Part shown: positions 10,893-22,060 of the stretch, piece by piece
How positions within the stretch are numbered: position 1 is the first letter of the stretch
Layout: every line of letters starts with the position of its first letter
Assembly (NCBI GenBank): GCA_963779615.1
Contig: CAVZZA010000001.1
Span: 416,001 to 480,000, forward strand
DNA from: an uncultured Nitrososphaeraceae archaeon
GTDB taxonomy: Archaea > Thermoproteota > Nitrososphaeria > Nitrososphaerales > Nitrososphaeraceae
Length of the DNA stretch: 64,000 bases
Direction: 5' to 3'
Notes under the pieces: model-generated
Databases searched by the model: none
The model's input: the letters and a program-made list of their open reading frames with translations, nothing else
What the model was told of the DNA's origin: nothing
Program-made: the position numbers and the translations under genes

Positions 10893-11846
10893 TCAATAAA
10901 GAATAGAAGGCATATAGGAGCCGGCCGGCTCATTATACATTCCAACTGTCATAAGGGTAAGCTGCTGAACCAGCCTTAGACCGTTGTCAAGGCACCATCG
11001 AAACAGATGGGTATTTCGACTTGGAATAAGGATACCTGGCCCTCCATAACTTTCAGTTGTAGAGGCAATGAGGGCCTTGAGGTCATCATCAGTAAAACCT
11101 ACAGAGTGGTTAAAGTATGTCAACCCACTGGTGTAGCCTGTAATTTTGTCCCCGTGTAGGACCACTTTGGCAATTCCCTGTTTTATACTGTCCATTAGCT
11201 CAACACTTCTGTCGTGGCCATGAATTGCTTTGCAGACTGCGTCACACGATTTCAAATCCGCTTCAGTTGCTGCCCGAACAGATCTTCCGGGAATTACTGC
11301 TTGGATAGGTTTTCCCTGCATGTTTGATATTGGCTCCCTGATTTCAAACCCTAAAATGGCATACAGAACTAGCGATCGGTTATGGTATGACGATTGGAGC
11401 AAACGTATGGACGGATAGTTTTTGTTTCTGGCTCTCTCCATCACATTGATCATTAACTGCCGACCTACACCTTTGTCCTGGAATTTTGGATCAACTGTTA
11501 TTGGTCCAACTCCTGCCACAATACTTGAGCGTTCATCCAAGAAGTTGCTTCCGATAACCTTATTGCTGTTTTCCCCAGCGTCTTCAGCAACTACAGAATA
11601 GGATCCAGGGCTAGACAGAAAAGAAGACGCCACGTGTATTCCAAAATCAACATTGGGGATTTCACTGGAAAAGCCATGCTTATCGGCGATCCCTGAAAAA
11701 GCCTCAAAAATTATTTTTCCGACCTCGTCCGCATCACCTATGACTCCAGGCCTTAGTCTTAAAGTGCGCTCGGTGTCGCTCATTAATACTCGAATTTGCC
11801 TATCCAAGGTTTTATTCTTTTTCTTTGCTTTTCCGGACCTGTTCAC
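10893..11846 (-). CDS. GNAT-family N-acetyltransferase
   Basis: GPITVDPKFQDKGVGRQLM acetyl-CoA motif and LYAILGF; true start may be 11783 (MSDTE). Confidence 0.9.
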   Translation of the reverse strand: MNRSGKAKKKNKTLDRQIRVLMSDTERTLRLRPGVIGDADEVGKIIFEAFSGIADKHGFSSEIPNVDFGIHVASSFLSSPGSYSVVAEDAGENSNKVIGSNFLDERSSIVAGVGPITVDPKFQDKGVGRQLMINVMERARNKNYPSIRLLQSSYHNRSLVLYAILGFEIREPISNMQGKPIQAVIPGRSVRAATEADLKSCDAVCKAIHGHDRSVELMDSIKQGIAKVVLHGDKITGYTSGLTYFNHSVGFTDDDLKALIASTTESYGGPGILIPSRNTHLFRWCLDNGLRLVQQLTLMTVGMYNEPAGSYMPSILY

Positions 11847-12590
11847 AATATTTAATTCATTTTTATAAATCTGAAATTAATAAAATACCCTTGACTTTAT
11901 GCTGTCATTATTGAGCACCGAAATAAACAATAATTTGGACATCATACATAATATTGTGAATCTGCGCATTATCTCAAGTCTCAAGATACAAACTCAAAGT
12001 CAAGAATTAAACGTGCATAGAGACAAATTTTACCAGATGGAACCGCGGCCATGCGGTATGGCTTTCGAGTCCCGTTTTCAGATTAAAGAAAGTTTGTTTA
12101 AATGTGTTACAGGTTTATGAGACTATCCCACAACATTATCAATAATCCATAATAATGAAACAGACAGTTGTATTGCCAATAATACATGCTATATCCAGTG
12201 CCTGCTCACTAGAAGACACATTAAGCAATCGTACTAGATGAGCAAAAGGACAATCAAAACCGCAATTTCACTGGAGCCCAAACTCCAAGCATTATTTGAT
12301 TTGGGTATGGAATAACACCCATCTGTCTTGTTATCTATGGCTTTGATTTAGCACCTTCTATTATTTTGATCAATCCATTCCTAGGAAAAGGGTTTGGACA
12401 TACCTCCATCCTGATTGTTGTAATAATGCAGAATATACCTCAACAGTCATCTCCCTCCCAGATCCCCAATACATCATATGCATATCAAAAAGTTTCGAGA
12501 AATGCGCAGTTTTAGGATCTGGCACTAAATGTTCAACAATGAATACTCTTCCACCATCAGAGGATCCATTGTAAATGTTGGAAGGTATCT

Positions 12591-13656
12591 TTACGCATTA
12601 ATAGTATTGCCAAAGAAATTGGCGAGCTGTTTTATAACGAACTGTGGCTGCTCCTCTGGAATCCAGTGTCCTGAAAGCGGAACTATGATCCCGTGCACAC
12701 TTGTAGCCAGATAGGGATTGTAGAGTTTAACGTACTGCTTCCAGGAAGGTCTCCTCCCAAAGCTGGATATACATCACCAGACAGGACAAGTACAGGCATT
12801 GTAAGATTGGCTGTGGCTGCTAACTCCGTGTTGTCTTTTGCATCATGCGGGAAAGCTCTATAGTACTCAAAACCAGCACGCATGTCGCCTGGGGCAGAAT
12901 AGCGACTGACAAATTCGTCTGTGTTGGCTTGTTTAACAGCTGAGGGTCTGTACGCAAGGCATTTATAGAACCAGGAAAGGAACTCTTTTTCCTTGCCCTG
13001 TACAAGGGCTTCTGGCATGTCGGGTGTCTGATGAAAAGAAACCCACCAGCGTCCAGCACTCTCAGAGGGTGGTGCATGCATCCTGGGAAGGTAAAGTCCA
13101 TGATCACGTTTGCTGCATTGTTAGGATGGGCCGCGGCATACAAATAAGATGTCTGTGATCCTTCATTATGTCCCCCAAAGAGATTTCCTAAATCCCAATT
13201 GAGAAACTAACTGATGTATATCTTCTGCGGTAGTCTTACCGTCATAGCCCGTAAGTGGTTTTGAAGAGTCACCTAATCACCGTAAATCAGGCACTATCAC
13301 GGTACAATTTTTGGCCAAAGCTGGCATAACATGATGCCATCCATACCATGTTTGTGGCCAACCATGAAGCATGACTAGGCTCCTTTGCCACCTATCACGT
13401 AGCGCGAGGGGATACCGTTAACAGAAGCCATATGATGGGAAAAAGTCACATTGTCGATCTCAAAGGAGTTACCTTGCAAATTAGGTTGGTATTTTAGAAT
13501 GGAGGAAGTTTGGCTACCCTGTGACTGTTGTGCCATTGCAATCTGAGGCTGAATTGAACCAAGTTCAAATAGGAAAATGTAGTTAGAATAACAATAAAAT
13601 CACTGATTACTAAAAAGTATGATAAATTGACATGGTCTGTTTTATGGCCCGCTCAT
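12591..13656 (-). pseudogene. exported alpha/beta hydrolase (epoxide hydrolase-like), multiple frameshifts
   Basis: Fragments [42 protein letters not shown] and SGHWIPEEQP lie in different frames. Confidence 0.85.
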
Positions 13657-13796
13657 GATTAAGTATAGACCCAATATATAAGAATACAACTAGCATAAGC
13701 AATTCCGTTTGCATTATCGTCGATAGAGATGATATTACCAATAGGATCATGTTTAGACGAATCAGTTCTCTCCTGGTGTGATCAAGTACAGCAAAC

Positions 13797-13831
13797 CATA
13801 AGTGTTATTATATTACGATATAACACTTATG
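13797..13831. promoter_or_regulatory. 12-bp perfect inverted repeat, putative operator
   Basis: CATAAGTGTTAT-N11-ATAACACTTATG in the divergent intergenic region between the hydrolase pseudogene and dodecin. Confidence 0.4.
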
Positions 13832-14216
13832 TCAAGGCTATCAACACAGAATTCATTTCTAAACCTACCTGAAAGAATCCAATGCTTTCCCAATTATGCT
13901 ATCCCTAGGCCATTGTTCCCTTTTAATACCAACACTCATCATTTTTGACCTTTCCACTGGACTGTTCGTTGAAGTCTACTTTAGTCACGGCTTTTCTAAA
14001 TTAATAATGCTTTATTTAGGGAGTTAATTTATTGAGGTTTATTTTGCCTTTTCACTATGCTCTTTGAGTCACGACATGGCATATTCTCATTTATAATACC
14101 CTTCCATTAAGACAGAACTAGCATCCGATCCGCAAAAACTTTTAACGTTTTCCAGCATCAACATCACAAAATGATCAAGAACTTTATATTGGAAGGATCC
14201 CCTCATAATATTATAT

Positions 14217-14432
14217 ATGACTGGTGTAGCGAAAATAATCGAGATAGTTGGCAGTTCGGATACAAGTTGGCAAGATGCAGCACAAGTTGCATTAAATGAG
14301 GCAAAGAAGACAATACACGGTATAACTGGAGTAGAAGTAGGAGACATGACCGCAAAAGTAGATCCAAATAGTGGAAACATAACAGAGTATCACACAGCTG
14401 TTAAAATAGCATTTCGTGTAGAACATAAGTAA
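14217..14432 (+). CDS. dodecin family flavin-binding protein
   Basis: KIIEIVGSSDTSWQDAAQVAL...EYHTAVKIAF, 71 aa. Confidence 0.92.
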   Translation: MTGVAKIIEIVGSSDTSWQDAAQVALNEAKKTIHGITGVEVGDMTAKVDPNSGNITEYHTAVKIAFRVEHK

Positions 14433-14696
14433 CCACTATAATAAAATCTCACTTTTCTTTTTTGTTTTGAATAAGTAATCTTCATTCACTTTTCTATAAC
14501 ATCTTTTCTTTTATTCTACTACTACTGTATGCGTTATATGGATTCGAACCCTCTCTGCATTCTCAGAAAAGTAATTTTGAACAATATAAAAGGCTTTAGG
14601 CACTGCTTTTTCACATCATAATATGACGATCCATACCCGATAATTGCTAAAAATCTCTTTTTAATGAACAGTTTGTTTTTTTACAAGTGGATTGCA

Positions 14697-14822
14697 ATGA
14701 TAATTATGTATGAAAGCCAAAAGGTAAAATGTCCATCATGCGGTAAAATGTCCATATCTGAAACTAATGCTACATTATGTCCTTTATGTTCAGAGGAAGT
14801 CAGTAATATGAGTTCAGGTTAG
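14697..14822 (+). CDS. small CPxCG-type zinc-finger microprotein (41 aa)
   Basis: Manual translation MIIMYESQKVKCPSCGKMSISETNATLCPLCSEEVSNMSSG*; below the ORF-track cutoff. Confidence 0.6.
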   Translation: MIIMYESQKVKCPSCGKMSISETNATLCPLCSEEVSNMSSG

Positions 14823-15099
14823 TATTGTTTTAGTGTGCTAATAAGATAGTAATGGTCATAGTCATTAGTTTACAAAATTTTTTTAATATATTCAACAATT
14901 CAAGTCTTTTTTCTATATTATTTTTTGTGATTTAATTCATATCAAGGTTAACTTTTATCATCATCATGGAAGATTGGTCTCTTTTAGATATCGGTTATGA
15001 ATAGAACTTTGACATTCAATTATTTATATAAACAAAAATCTACAAAATTACAGGTTGTTGTCATTTTCATTTTCAGTCAGGTGCGGCTTCTGTCAATCT

Positions 15100-15340
15100 C
15101 AGAACGAGAACAAACAAACCATAACAAAAACTCCAGATGAACTATGGAGTTGGCACCATCTCCCCAAAGGCAAACCACCTGAAACTGTAGGCGGCCATAA
15201 ACCATACAAAAAGGTATTTTATTATATACTATCCACCCTAAGAATAGGATGCCAATGGAAGATGCCGCCTTGTGAATTGGATCTTTATTTCCAGGTTTGT
15301 CCTTGCAACAGATTTTAAAAAAAAATGGATTGGGCAAGAG
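15100..15340 (+). mobile_element. IS5-family transposase N-terminal remnant
   Basis: PDELW...LPKGKPPETVG..KPYKKV..IL.TLRIGCQWKM.P matches the IS5 N-terminal (DUF4096-type) pattern; degraded and truncated. Confidence 0.75.
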
Positions 15341-15364
15341 ACTGCATACAGACTCGATACCAAT

Positions 15365-15793
15365 CTACCTTAGATACTCATTTTGACTGATTTTTAACTT
15401 TCTTTCTTTGGCCAGTATTATTGCGGTTATTACAACATACGCTATTTGTGCTATTTCACATATGGCATCTACAACATCTATGTCTCCACCCCTTCCGTTA
15501 ACCGGGTTGCCTGGAAACCTTGTTATTACATAAAGCAGTATAAACGCAACGTTTCCTGCTATCCCTATATAATACCAAATCCCTCCCCATCGCTTTATCA
15601 TGGGTATCATCCAAAATACCTGGGCAATCCCCGAGCCCAAGAAAAACAGCGCAATTAGTGGAGAATTCAGCATTTTTGATGCTGCTATCAATGGCATATA
15701 GAGATGGACTATACCAGCTATTCCAGTAGCAACTGCGGCAGCAATAAAATAGTATTTAAGATTCGAAGAAGATGTTTTCATATCCCTACTCAT
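15365..15793 (-). CDS. four-TM membrane protein
   Basis: Hydrophobic helices, AGIVHL motif. Confidence 0.8.
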   Translation of the reverse strand: MSRDMKTSSSNLKYYFIAAAVATGIAGIVHLYMPLIAASKMLNSPLIALFFLGSGIAQVFWMIPMIKRWGGIWYYIGIAGNVAFILLYVITRFPGNPVNGRGGDIDVVDAICEIAQIAYVVITAIILAKERKLKISQNEYLR

Positions 15794-15822
15794 CTTTTAT
15801 TATTTTTTTAAACATCAGTATT

Positions 15823-16428
15823 TTAAGACGATTTACCCTTGATTGGCGTATTTCCAAAGTGGTCGCTTGTTGTCTTTGGATCAACCATTACGCTAAAATC
15901 ACCATTAGAAGATAGGACTATGGTTACCGGTACGTTATCAACAGGCTTCTCTTTCATAGATATCGTCGCGGTACCATTATAGGTTGTGCCAGAGGTGCTG
16001 TTTACAGGATTTCCCACTATCTTAAAGTTAGATATGGTGTGGGTGTGTTTTGATGATCCATCTAATTTTGCCATACTAAATTGAGCATTGAAAACAGCAT
16101 TGTTTGAATTTAGGTCCGTGGAGTTCCATTTACCTTCAAGATTCCATGCTGGTTTGCCATCAGGGCCATTTTGCACGCTTGCAACAGTTCCAGTTTTATC
16201 TGCAGTAGTTGGGGTTGTGGTGGTTGTAGTAATGTTAGAAGGCGATGATGGTGATGATTGATTAACGTTTTGACCGAATGCATTATTATTAAAAGAAATT
16301 AGAGATACAGAAAGAACCATCAATATTGTTATTGGAATAGCCATTGATAGAAGGCGGTTATTCATCATTGATTTTTTCCCTAATGCCTTATTTGTACTCA
16401 TTATATTTGGAGTCATGACATTTATCAT
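15823..16428 (-). CDS. secreted hypothetical protein
   Basis: Signal peptide, S/T linker, beta-rich domain ending DHFGNTPIKG. Confidence 0.8.
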   Translation of the reverse strand: MINVMTPNIMSTNKALGKKSMMNNRLLSMAIPITILMVLSVSLISFNNNAFGQNVNQSSPSSPSNITTTTTTPTTADKTGTVASVQNGPDGKPAWNLEGKWNSTDLNSNNAVFNAQFSMAKLDGSSKHTHTISNFKIVGNPVNSTSGTTYNGTATISMKEKPVDNVPVTIVLSSNGDFSVMVDPKTTSDHFGNTPIKGKSS

Positions 16429-16745
16429 TTGGTGAAAATATAGAGTTTATAATATTTAGTATTAGCGCAAGTTGGACTGCATAAATCTGACAAAAATTTC
16501 ATAAAAAGTCCGGTATGTTAGGATAGTATTCACAGAATTGACAAAGTTACTTCTTTAGGCATAACAAATTGAAACATATTTTCAGAATTAGTTGCTCTCC
16601 ATCAAGTGATGTTGAATGTTTTATCCTTTTTACCTGCAATTCAAATGCATTGTTTTTTTTTGACTGCAAAACAATGGAGCATTGCCATATCATTTGTCAC
16701 AATTTATGGCAACACCTTTACAAGGTAGAGTCTTTTTTTAAGTAA

Positions 16746-17669
16746 CTAATACACTTGAGTTAGTCTTTTGTTCACTTCTCTCTTTAACCATTCTTGGAAA
16801 AATGTTAATCTAGTTGTTATGAATATCTCTATTCTTTGCACTCCATTATACAGTTGCAATCTTGTTAGTATGCGATCTACTGTATTTACGCTAGCACAAA
16901 AAAATACCGCAAATATGACGTCATTATTATATACATTTGGCATGAACAACAGGTATTCTTCCATATCCTGGTAAATTGCGTTAACGACGTTCTGATAAAG
17001 AGATTTAGCTACATTTATTATCAGTGCAAACTCAATGTAGCCCACAAGGTGTATGGACGACATATCCCTCACTATGGTAAACTCTAAAATATGGTCTTCT
17101 TTCATTTTTTCAAACCATCTTGTCATAGTCCTAACAGATAATGAAGTCTTTTTAGCAATCTCCTTGATTTGCATTCTAGGGTTTGAAAACAGGCATTTAA
17201 TAACTTTTAAATCAGAACTCTGTATTTTTATAGAAACTGGCTTGTAGTTCACAAGTATAGTTTTCTCAATAACTGCTGGTTTAAGCACATCGCCCATTAA
17301 CCCAATCTTGTCTTCAGATCCACCTTTAATTGCAAGAACACATATGGATAACCCTCCCAGTTGCTTGGCATATACTAAAACCTCACCTAAAAGGTTCAGC
17401 TTGTTTATAACATTATCTTCCTTATTTATTTTGCCAAAATTCCGAATTGTCAATGAATATTCTTTTTCGTATCCAAATACTGCCGGGTTCACCCTAACTA
17501 TGAAGTCTTTTATTATGCCATTAGAAATCAATTTATTTACCCTGCTCTTTGCTGCATTGGGTGTTAGGCCCACAGATGAAGATATATTTCTATAGGAAAT
17601 TCTGCTATTCATAGAAAGCAAGATTATAATTTTCAAATCCAACTCATCCAGCACAGCCTTCCGTTGCAT
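16746..17669 (-). CDS. Lrp/AsnC-family regulator with duplicated HTH modules
   Basis: LDELDLKII..LS.NSRISY and a second SDLKVIKCL..NPRMQIKEIAKKT HTH. Confidence 0.88.
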   Translation of the reverse strand: MQRKAVLDELDLKIIILLSMNSRISYRNISSSVGLTPNAAKSRVNKLISNGIIKDFIVRVNPAVFGYEKEYSLTIRNFGKINKEDNVINKLNLLGEVLVYAKQLGGLSICVLAIKGGSEDKIGLMGDVLKPAVIEKTILVNYKPVSIKIQSSDLKVIKCLFSNPRMQIKEIAKKTSLSVRTMTRWFEKMKEDHILEFTIVRDMSSIHLVGYIEFALIINVAKSLYQNVVNAIYQDMEEYLLFMPNVYNNDVIFAVFFCASVNTVDRILTRLQLYNGVQRIEIFITTRLTFFQEWLKREVNKRLTQVY

Positions 17670-18002
17670 TTAGTTGCAGGTAACATGATAGACACCAATA
17701 AGAGTTTTGTTTTTTTTTAGAGTAATTACAATACAGGGAACAAACTATAAAGGCTCTTGATTTGCAAAAAATACAATTACAACCACCTACTACTTTCAAA
17801 TGATTTTGAACCGATAACTGTTACTTTTTATGAATAACAATCAAGGTAGGCCCTTTGGCACCTTCTGAAAATAGCGGCGAATAAGCAAATTTACCTGAAA
17901 GTAAGAATAAGGTGTTACTGGCGTATAACATAGTCATGGCTTTTTCAAATAATTTTTATTGTCAATCACTTAAACAGCAGTTTTCTATGTGACGGTAATG
18001 GG

Positions 18003-18272
18003 TCAGTCTGTTGCAGATTCGCAAACGTCTCTCGTATTGCTCTCTACAGACTTGCAACCGTCGATGAAACCTTTGTAGTAAGCGTCATCGCCACCTTCCT
18101 CTTCTCCACAATGGTCACGTGTTCCTTGACTAAATGGTCCGTTTTGACCGTCATCATACCCTGCAGCCCTACAACTATCTTTCCAGTAAGTTCCTGCGTA
18201 CACTGATGTTGTTGTTAATGCTGTTCCCATCAATATAGCCACAGCGACTGCTGCAATAGAGAGTTGTTTCAT
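18003..18272 (-). CDS. small secreted Cys-containing protein
   Basis: MKQLSIAAVAVAIL signal peptide; GYDDG and YYKGFIDGC motifs; start reassigned to 18272. Confidence 0.7.
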   Translation of the reverse strand: MKQLSIAAVAVAILMGTALTTTSVYAGTYWKDSCRAAGYDDGQNGPFSQGTRDHCGEEEGGDDAYYKGFIDGCKSVESNTRDVCESATD

Positions 18273-18723
18273 TACATTGTTGCTATGATGGGCTAACCAG
18301 ATTAATTTTATAACTGCAATAATCTTCATATGGCGGTCTTTAACCTGTCCTATCGTGAAGAGGGACAGGTACAGCCATTGCTCAGGTACCAAGAGCTTTG
18401 TTATAATGTAAGAAGTCTTCGGCACTGACATGAAATACAAAGATTTAGAGGATGCAAATAGGAATTATACTGCCGTAATTCAATTAAACAGTGCCTGAAA
18501 TTCCACATTTTGGGAATCCTTTGTAATCACTTGTTGTTCGGTCACGTCATTGTCTTTTCATGTAATTCTAAAAAAACTATTGCAATATTTAATCACTCAA
18601 GCAGGGGCCAGGAATTTGCCAGGCGATTTGAAAAGGAATTTGAAATGGCAAGAGTCATTATAATAGTCTAACATTGCATGTTGTGTCAGGATCTAACACA
18701 AATGTACCGAAATAAACTTTAAT

Positions 18724-19866
18724 ATGTTAAAAACAGATAATAATTGGATTAGTTTGCAAATTAAGGCGGGTGTTATCCCAACTATTGTCATATTTGGAAT
18801 GCTTGCCATAATCTCGTCTAATACATTCGCTAGTGGTGTCGATGGTAGCAAAGAAACAGAAAAACCAATAGCAGATTCCGCACAAAACCAACACACACCA
18901 AACACTGAGAAAAAGCTGAAAATAGCTTTTTTAACGGATGGCTTGTTTAGCGATGCAGGTTGGGGCGCATTCGGATACAATGCAGCACAGGCACTGCAGG
19001 GAAAATATTCCTATATGGTCGATCTTAAGGAAAACGTGCCTATCCCAAAGATAGAGGAGACATTAAGGGATCATGCTAAGGCAGGTTATGACGTAATAAT
19101 ATCCCATGGCTTTGAGTGGGGGGAGCCAGCGGTTAAGGTAGGTAAAGAATATCCCGGAACAAAGTTTGTAATCTTTACAGGGCTTGTCAACTCCAGCAAT
19201 GTGGCCTCTATATACCCGATGCAGCAGGAAGCAACATACGTATTGGGATCACTTGCAGCAATGATGTCAAAAACAGGCATAATTGGTTTTGTGGGTGGAG
19301 AAAGGTACCCTAACCTGCTTAACATTTTCGAAGGATACAGACAGGGTGCGCAGGACATTAATCCCGGCATAAAGGTACTCGCCACTTATTTGGATGACTG
19401 GGATAACCCCGCTAAAGGAAAAAGAGCAGCCATTTCTCAAATAGACAAGGGGGCAGACTTTTTATTGCACGTGGCTGACACCTCTGGCCACGGTGTTATT
19501 GAAGCTGCAAAAGAAAGGGGAATTTACGCCTTTGGCGCAATCTCTGACCAGAATAAATTGGCCCCTGAAACCGTACTTACATCATTTGTATTAGACGCCG
19601 AAAAGGCATTTGACCAGGTCATAAGATTGGTTCAAACAGGGAATTTCAGCGGGCAAATATTCAAGCCAGGACTAGAATTAGAAAAGGGAGCATCAGGGGA
19701 TGGCATCGTGCATATAGCCCCATTCCATAATCTTGATCACAAGGTTCCAGAAAACGTCAAGTTTAGGCTAGAACAACTAAAAGGAGACATTGTCAACGGC
19801 AAAATCAAAGTGCCTGAAAGATATCCCAATAACAATGGCAACTATATCGCCAATAACACAGGCTAA
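18724..19866 (+). CDS. BMP-family (PnrA-like) substrate-binding protein
   Basis: SDAGWG, YDVIISHGFEW, KTGIIGFVGG, DQNKLAP motifs. Confidence 0.9.
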   Translation: MLKTDNNWISLQIKAGVIPTIVIFGMLAIISSNTFASGVDGSKETEKPIADSAQNQHTPNTEKKLKIAFLTDGLFSDAGWGAFGYNAAQALQGKYSYMVDLKENVPIPKIEETLRDHAKAGYDVIISHGFEWGEPAVKVGKEYPGTKFVIFTGLVNSSNVASIYPMQQEATYVLGSLAAMMSKTGIIGFVGGERYPNLLNIFEGYRQGAQDINPGIKVLATYLDDWDNPAKGKRAAISQIDKGADFLLHVADTSGHGVIEAAKERGIYAFGAISDQNKLAPETVLTSFVLDAEKAFDQVIRLVQTGNFSGQIFKPGLELEKGASGDGIVHIAPFHNLDHKVPENVKFRLEQLKGDIVNGKIKVPERYPNNNGNYIANNTG

Positions 19867-19927
19867 AACCTTTGACGCATGCCTATTTTGTTTTAATCCT
19901 TCCAAGGCATTTAAGCAGTGAAGTAAA

Positions 19928-21730
19928 TTGAGCAAGCCTACTCTTTTTGTCAGAAGAAGGAAAGAAATAATCATTGCTTCAATAATAATCATAATTGCTG
20001 TATCCTATTTTTTGTTATTCTTCCAACAAAATATTGCAGAGCAGAACATTAGAGACAGTCTTTTTGTGGCCCACAGAAACAATCAGATAGAGACAACAAA
20101 AGGCATTTCAGGGCACGTCAGTTCAGACCTTGGGCTAGTGACGTCAATCCTTCAAGGGTTATCAGATTCTGGTTATTTGCAGCAGGGAGAACTGTATGGC
20201 GACAGGGTTGGGAACCTAATTGAAGAACGGTTCAATCAAATTAAGAAGATCAGTAAAATTGACGGGCTGTTCATTGCGGATAGAAACAACATAATAACGT
20301 ACAACAAAGTATCAGAAGGGCAAAGGAGTTTTGTCAACATAGACATTTCATTCAGAGATTATGTGAGGGAAACAAAGAGTAACTTAAGCCCTGTATTTTC
20401 AAATGGTTTTAAAGGAATTGACGGCACCTATAAAATAGCATTAACCTTTCCAATAATAAACAGGGACAGCAAAGAATACATGGGAATGGTTGGGGTGGAA
20501 ATACCCTCTGTTGACTTCTTTGCACGCTATGGAAATGTGTATAACATCGATTCAAGTTTTTTGGTGGCATATGACAGAAACTCAAATTATATATCCACAC
20601 CCAGAACAAACTTTTTAGGGGAGAGCCTGTTTAGCAGCGAGGTTCAACGCTTTTTCAATTTTAATGACATTCAAAACAAATATTACCGCAATGTTTTTGA
20701 TGGTCAACTGTTTGGCAGTTATGCCATGTATGACTTTGGGACCGGGGAAAGGCTAAACACGGGATATCCTGTTTCTGTCGATGGAAAATCCAAATATTTT
20801 ATTTTCGTAATTACACCCACCGCATCGGTTTACTCTGACATCAACAAGACTTTATCTGCAGAAAGGTCAAAGTTTTTTTTGTTGATTGCTGGCATTACCG
20901 CTGCAATTCTAATTTTGATTCTGTTTTTAGTAAAACTCAACAGCATATTGAATGAACAGGTAAATAGAAGAACAAAGGATTTAGAGGAATCGAACAAACG
21001 CCTTAAAGCAGCTAATGAACAGCTCAATATCCACGACAAGATGCAAAAAGAATTCATAAACATAACAGCTCATGAATTAAGAACACCAATACAACCAATA
21101 CTTGTCTTGACAGAATATATCAGAAACAGAGCAAAGGATAAAGAGCAAATCGAACTGCTCGACATCATTATAAAAAATTCAAAGAGATTGAAGAGCCTGG
21201 CGGAGGAGATTTTGGATGTTACAAGGATAGAGAGGGGTGTCCTAAGCCTAAACAAGGAAAGATTTTGTCTCAATGAGCTTATAGTTGACACCATTAAAGA
21301 ATTGCAGAACATTATAGACAATAACAAGAAAATAAAATTTGAAATTGACATTCAGAGCAGTGATCCTGTTTTAATGTATGCAGATAAAAGCAGAATAAGA
21401 CAAGTGTTATCCAATCTAATCAGTAATTCTATAAAGTTTATCTCCAATGAAGGAACAATATCATTGAGGGTTGAAAGGAGAAAAACTGATGGTGATGGAG
21501 GCGATAGCAAAGAAATTATTGTTGTCAGCATAAAGGATACAGGTATTGGCATAGACGCAGCAATAATGCCAAAGTTATTTACAAAGTTTGCCTCAAAATC
21601 CTTCCAAGGCACAGGGTTGGGGTTGTACATATCTAAAAACATAGTCGAGTCCCATGGTGGAAAGATATGGGCCGAAAACAATAAGGACGGGAAAGGAGCA
21701 ACGTTCTCATTTAGCCTACCCGTTATTTGA
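19928..21730 (+). CDS. membrane sensor histidine kinase with Cache domain
   Basis: Two TM helices, DISFRDY Cache motif, AHELRTPIQP H-box, NLISNSIKF, DTGIG and GTGLGLYI. Confidence 0.95.
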   Translation: MSKPTLFVRRRKEIIIASIIIIIAVSYFLLFFQQNIAEQNIRDSLFVAHRNNQIETTKGISGHVSSDLGLVTSILQGLSDSGYLQQGELYGDRVGNLIEERFNQIKKISKIDGLFIADRNNIITYNKVSEGQRSFVNIDISFRDYVRETKSNLSPVFSNGFKGIDGTYKIALTFPIINRDSKEYMGMVGVEIPSVDFFARYGNVYNIDSSFLVAYDRNSNYISTPRTNFLGESLFSSEVQRFFNFNDIQNKYYRNVFDGQLFGSYAMYDFGTGERLNTGYPVSVDGKSKYFIFVITPTASVYSDINKTLSAERSKFFLLIAGITAAILILILFLVKLNSILNEQVNRRTKDLEESNKRLKAANEQLNIHDKMQKEFINITAHELRTPIQPILVLTEYIRNRAKDKEQIELLDIIIKNSKRLKSLAEEILDVTRIERGVLSLNKERFCLNELIVDTIKELQNIIDNNKKIKFEIDIQSSDPVLMYADKSRIRQVLSNLISNSIKFISNEGTISLRVERRKTDGDGGDSKEIIVVSIKDTGIGIDAAIMPKLFTKFASKSFQGTGLGLYISKNIVESHGGKIWAENNKDGKGATFSFSLPVI

Positions 21731-22060
21731 TAATCAATTAATTTTCATAAACAAGATTTAATGGTGCTTTAAAAAAGCAATTTGTTTTTTCACATAAAAT
21801 AGTTTTAGAAATCCGAGCATCTGGGCAAAAAATGTTTTAATATTTGAATATCAAGTTTATTTTTCTTATTCTTTATTGTTAATCCGAATGCAATTGTTAT
21901 TGTGAAAGAAAAAAAATGTTTTTTGGTATGCATGTGCATATTATTGTTGTTTTCTTAACTGCAAATTCATAAAGTATCCACTGATCTTAGTGGTCTGTTT
22001 TTTTTAGTCTCACTTAAGAGACTGTCCAGAGGTTAAAGAACAGGGATAAATTTTGGGAAA

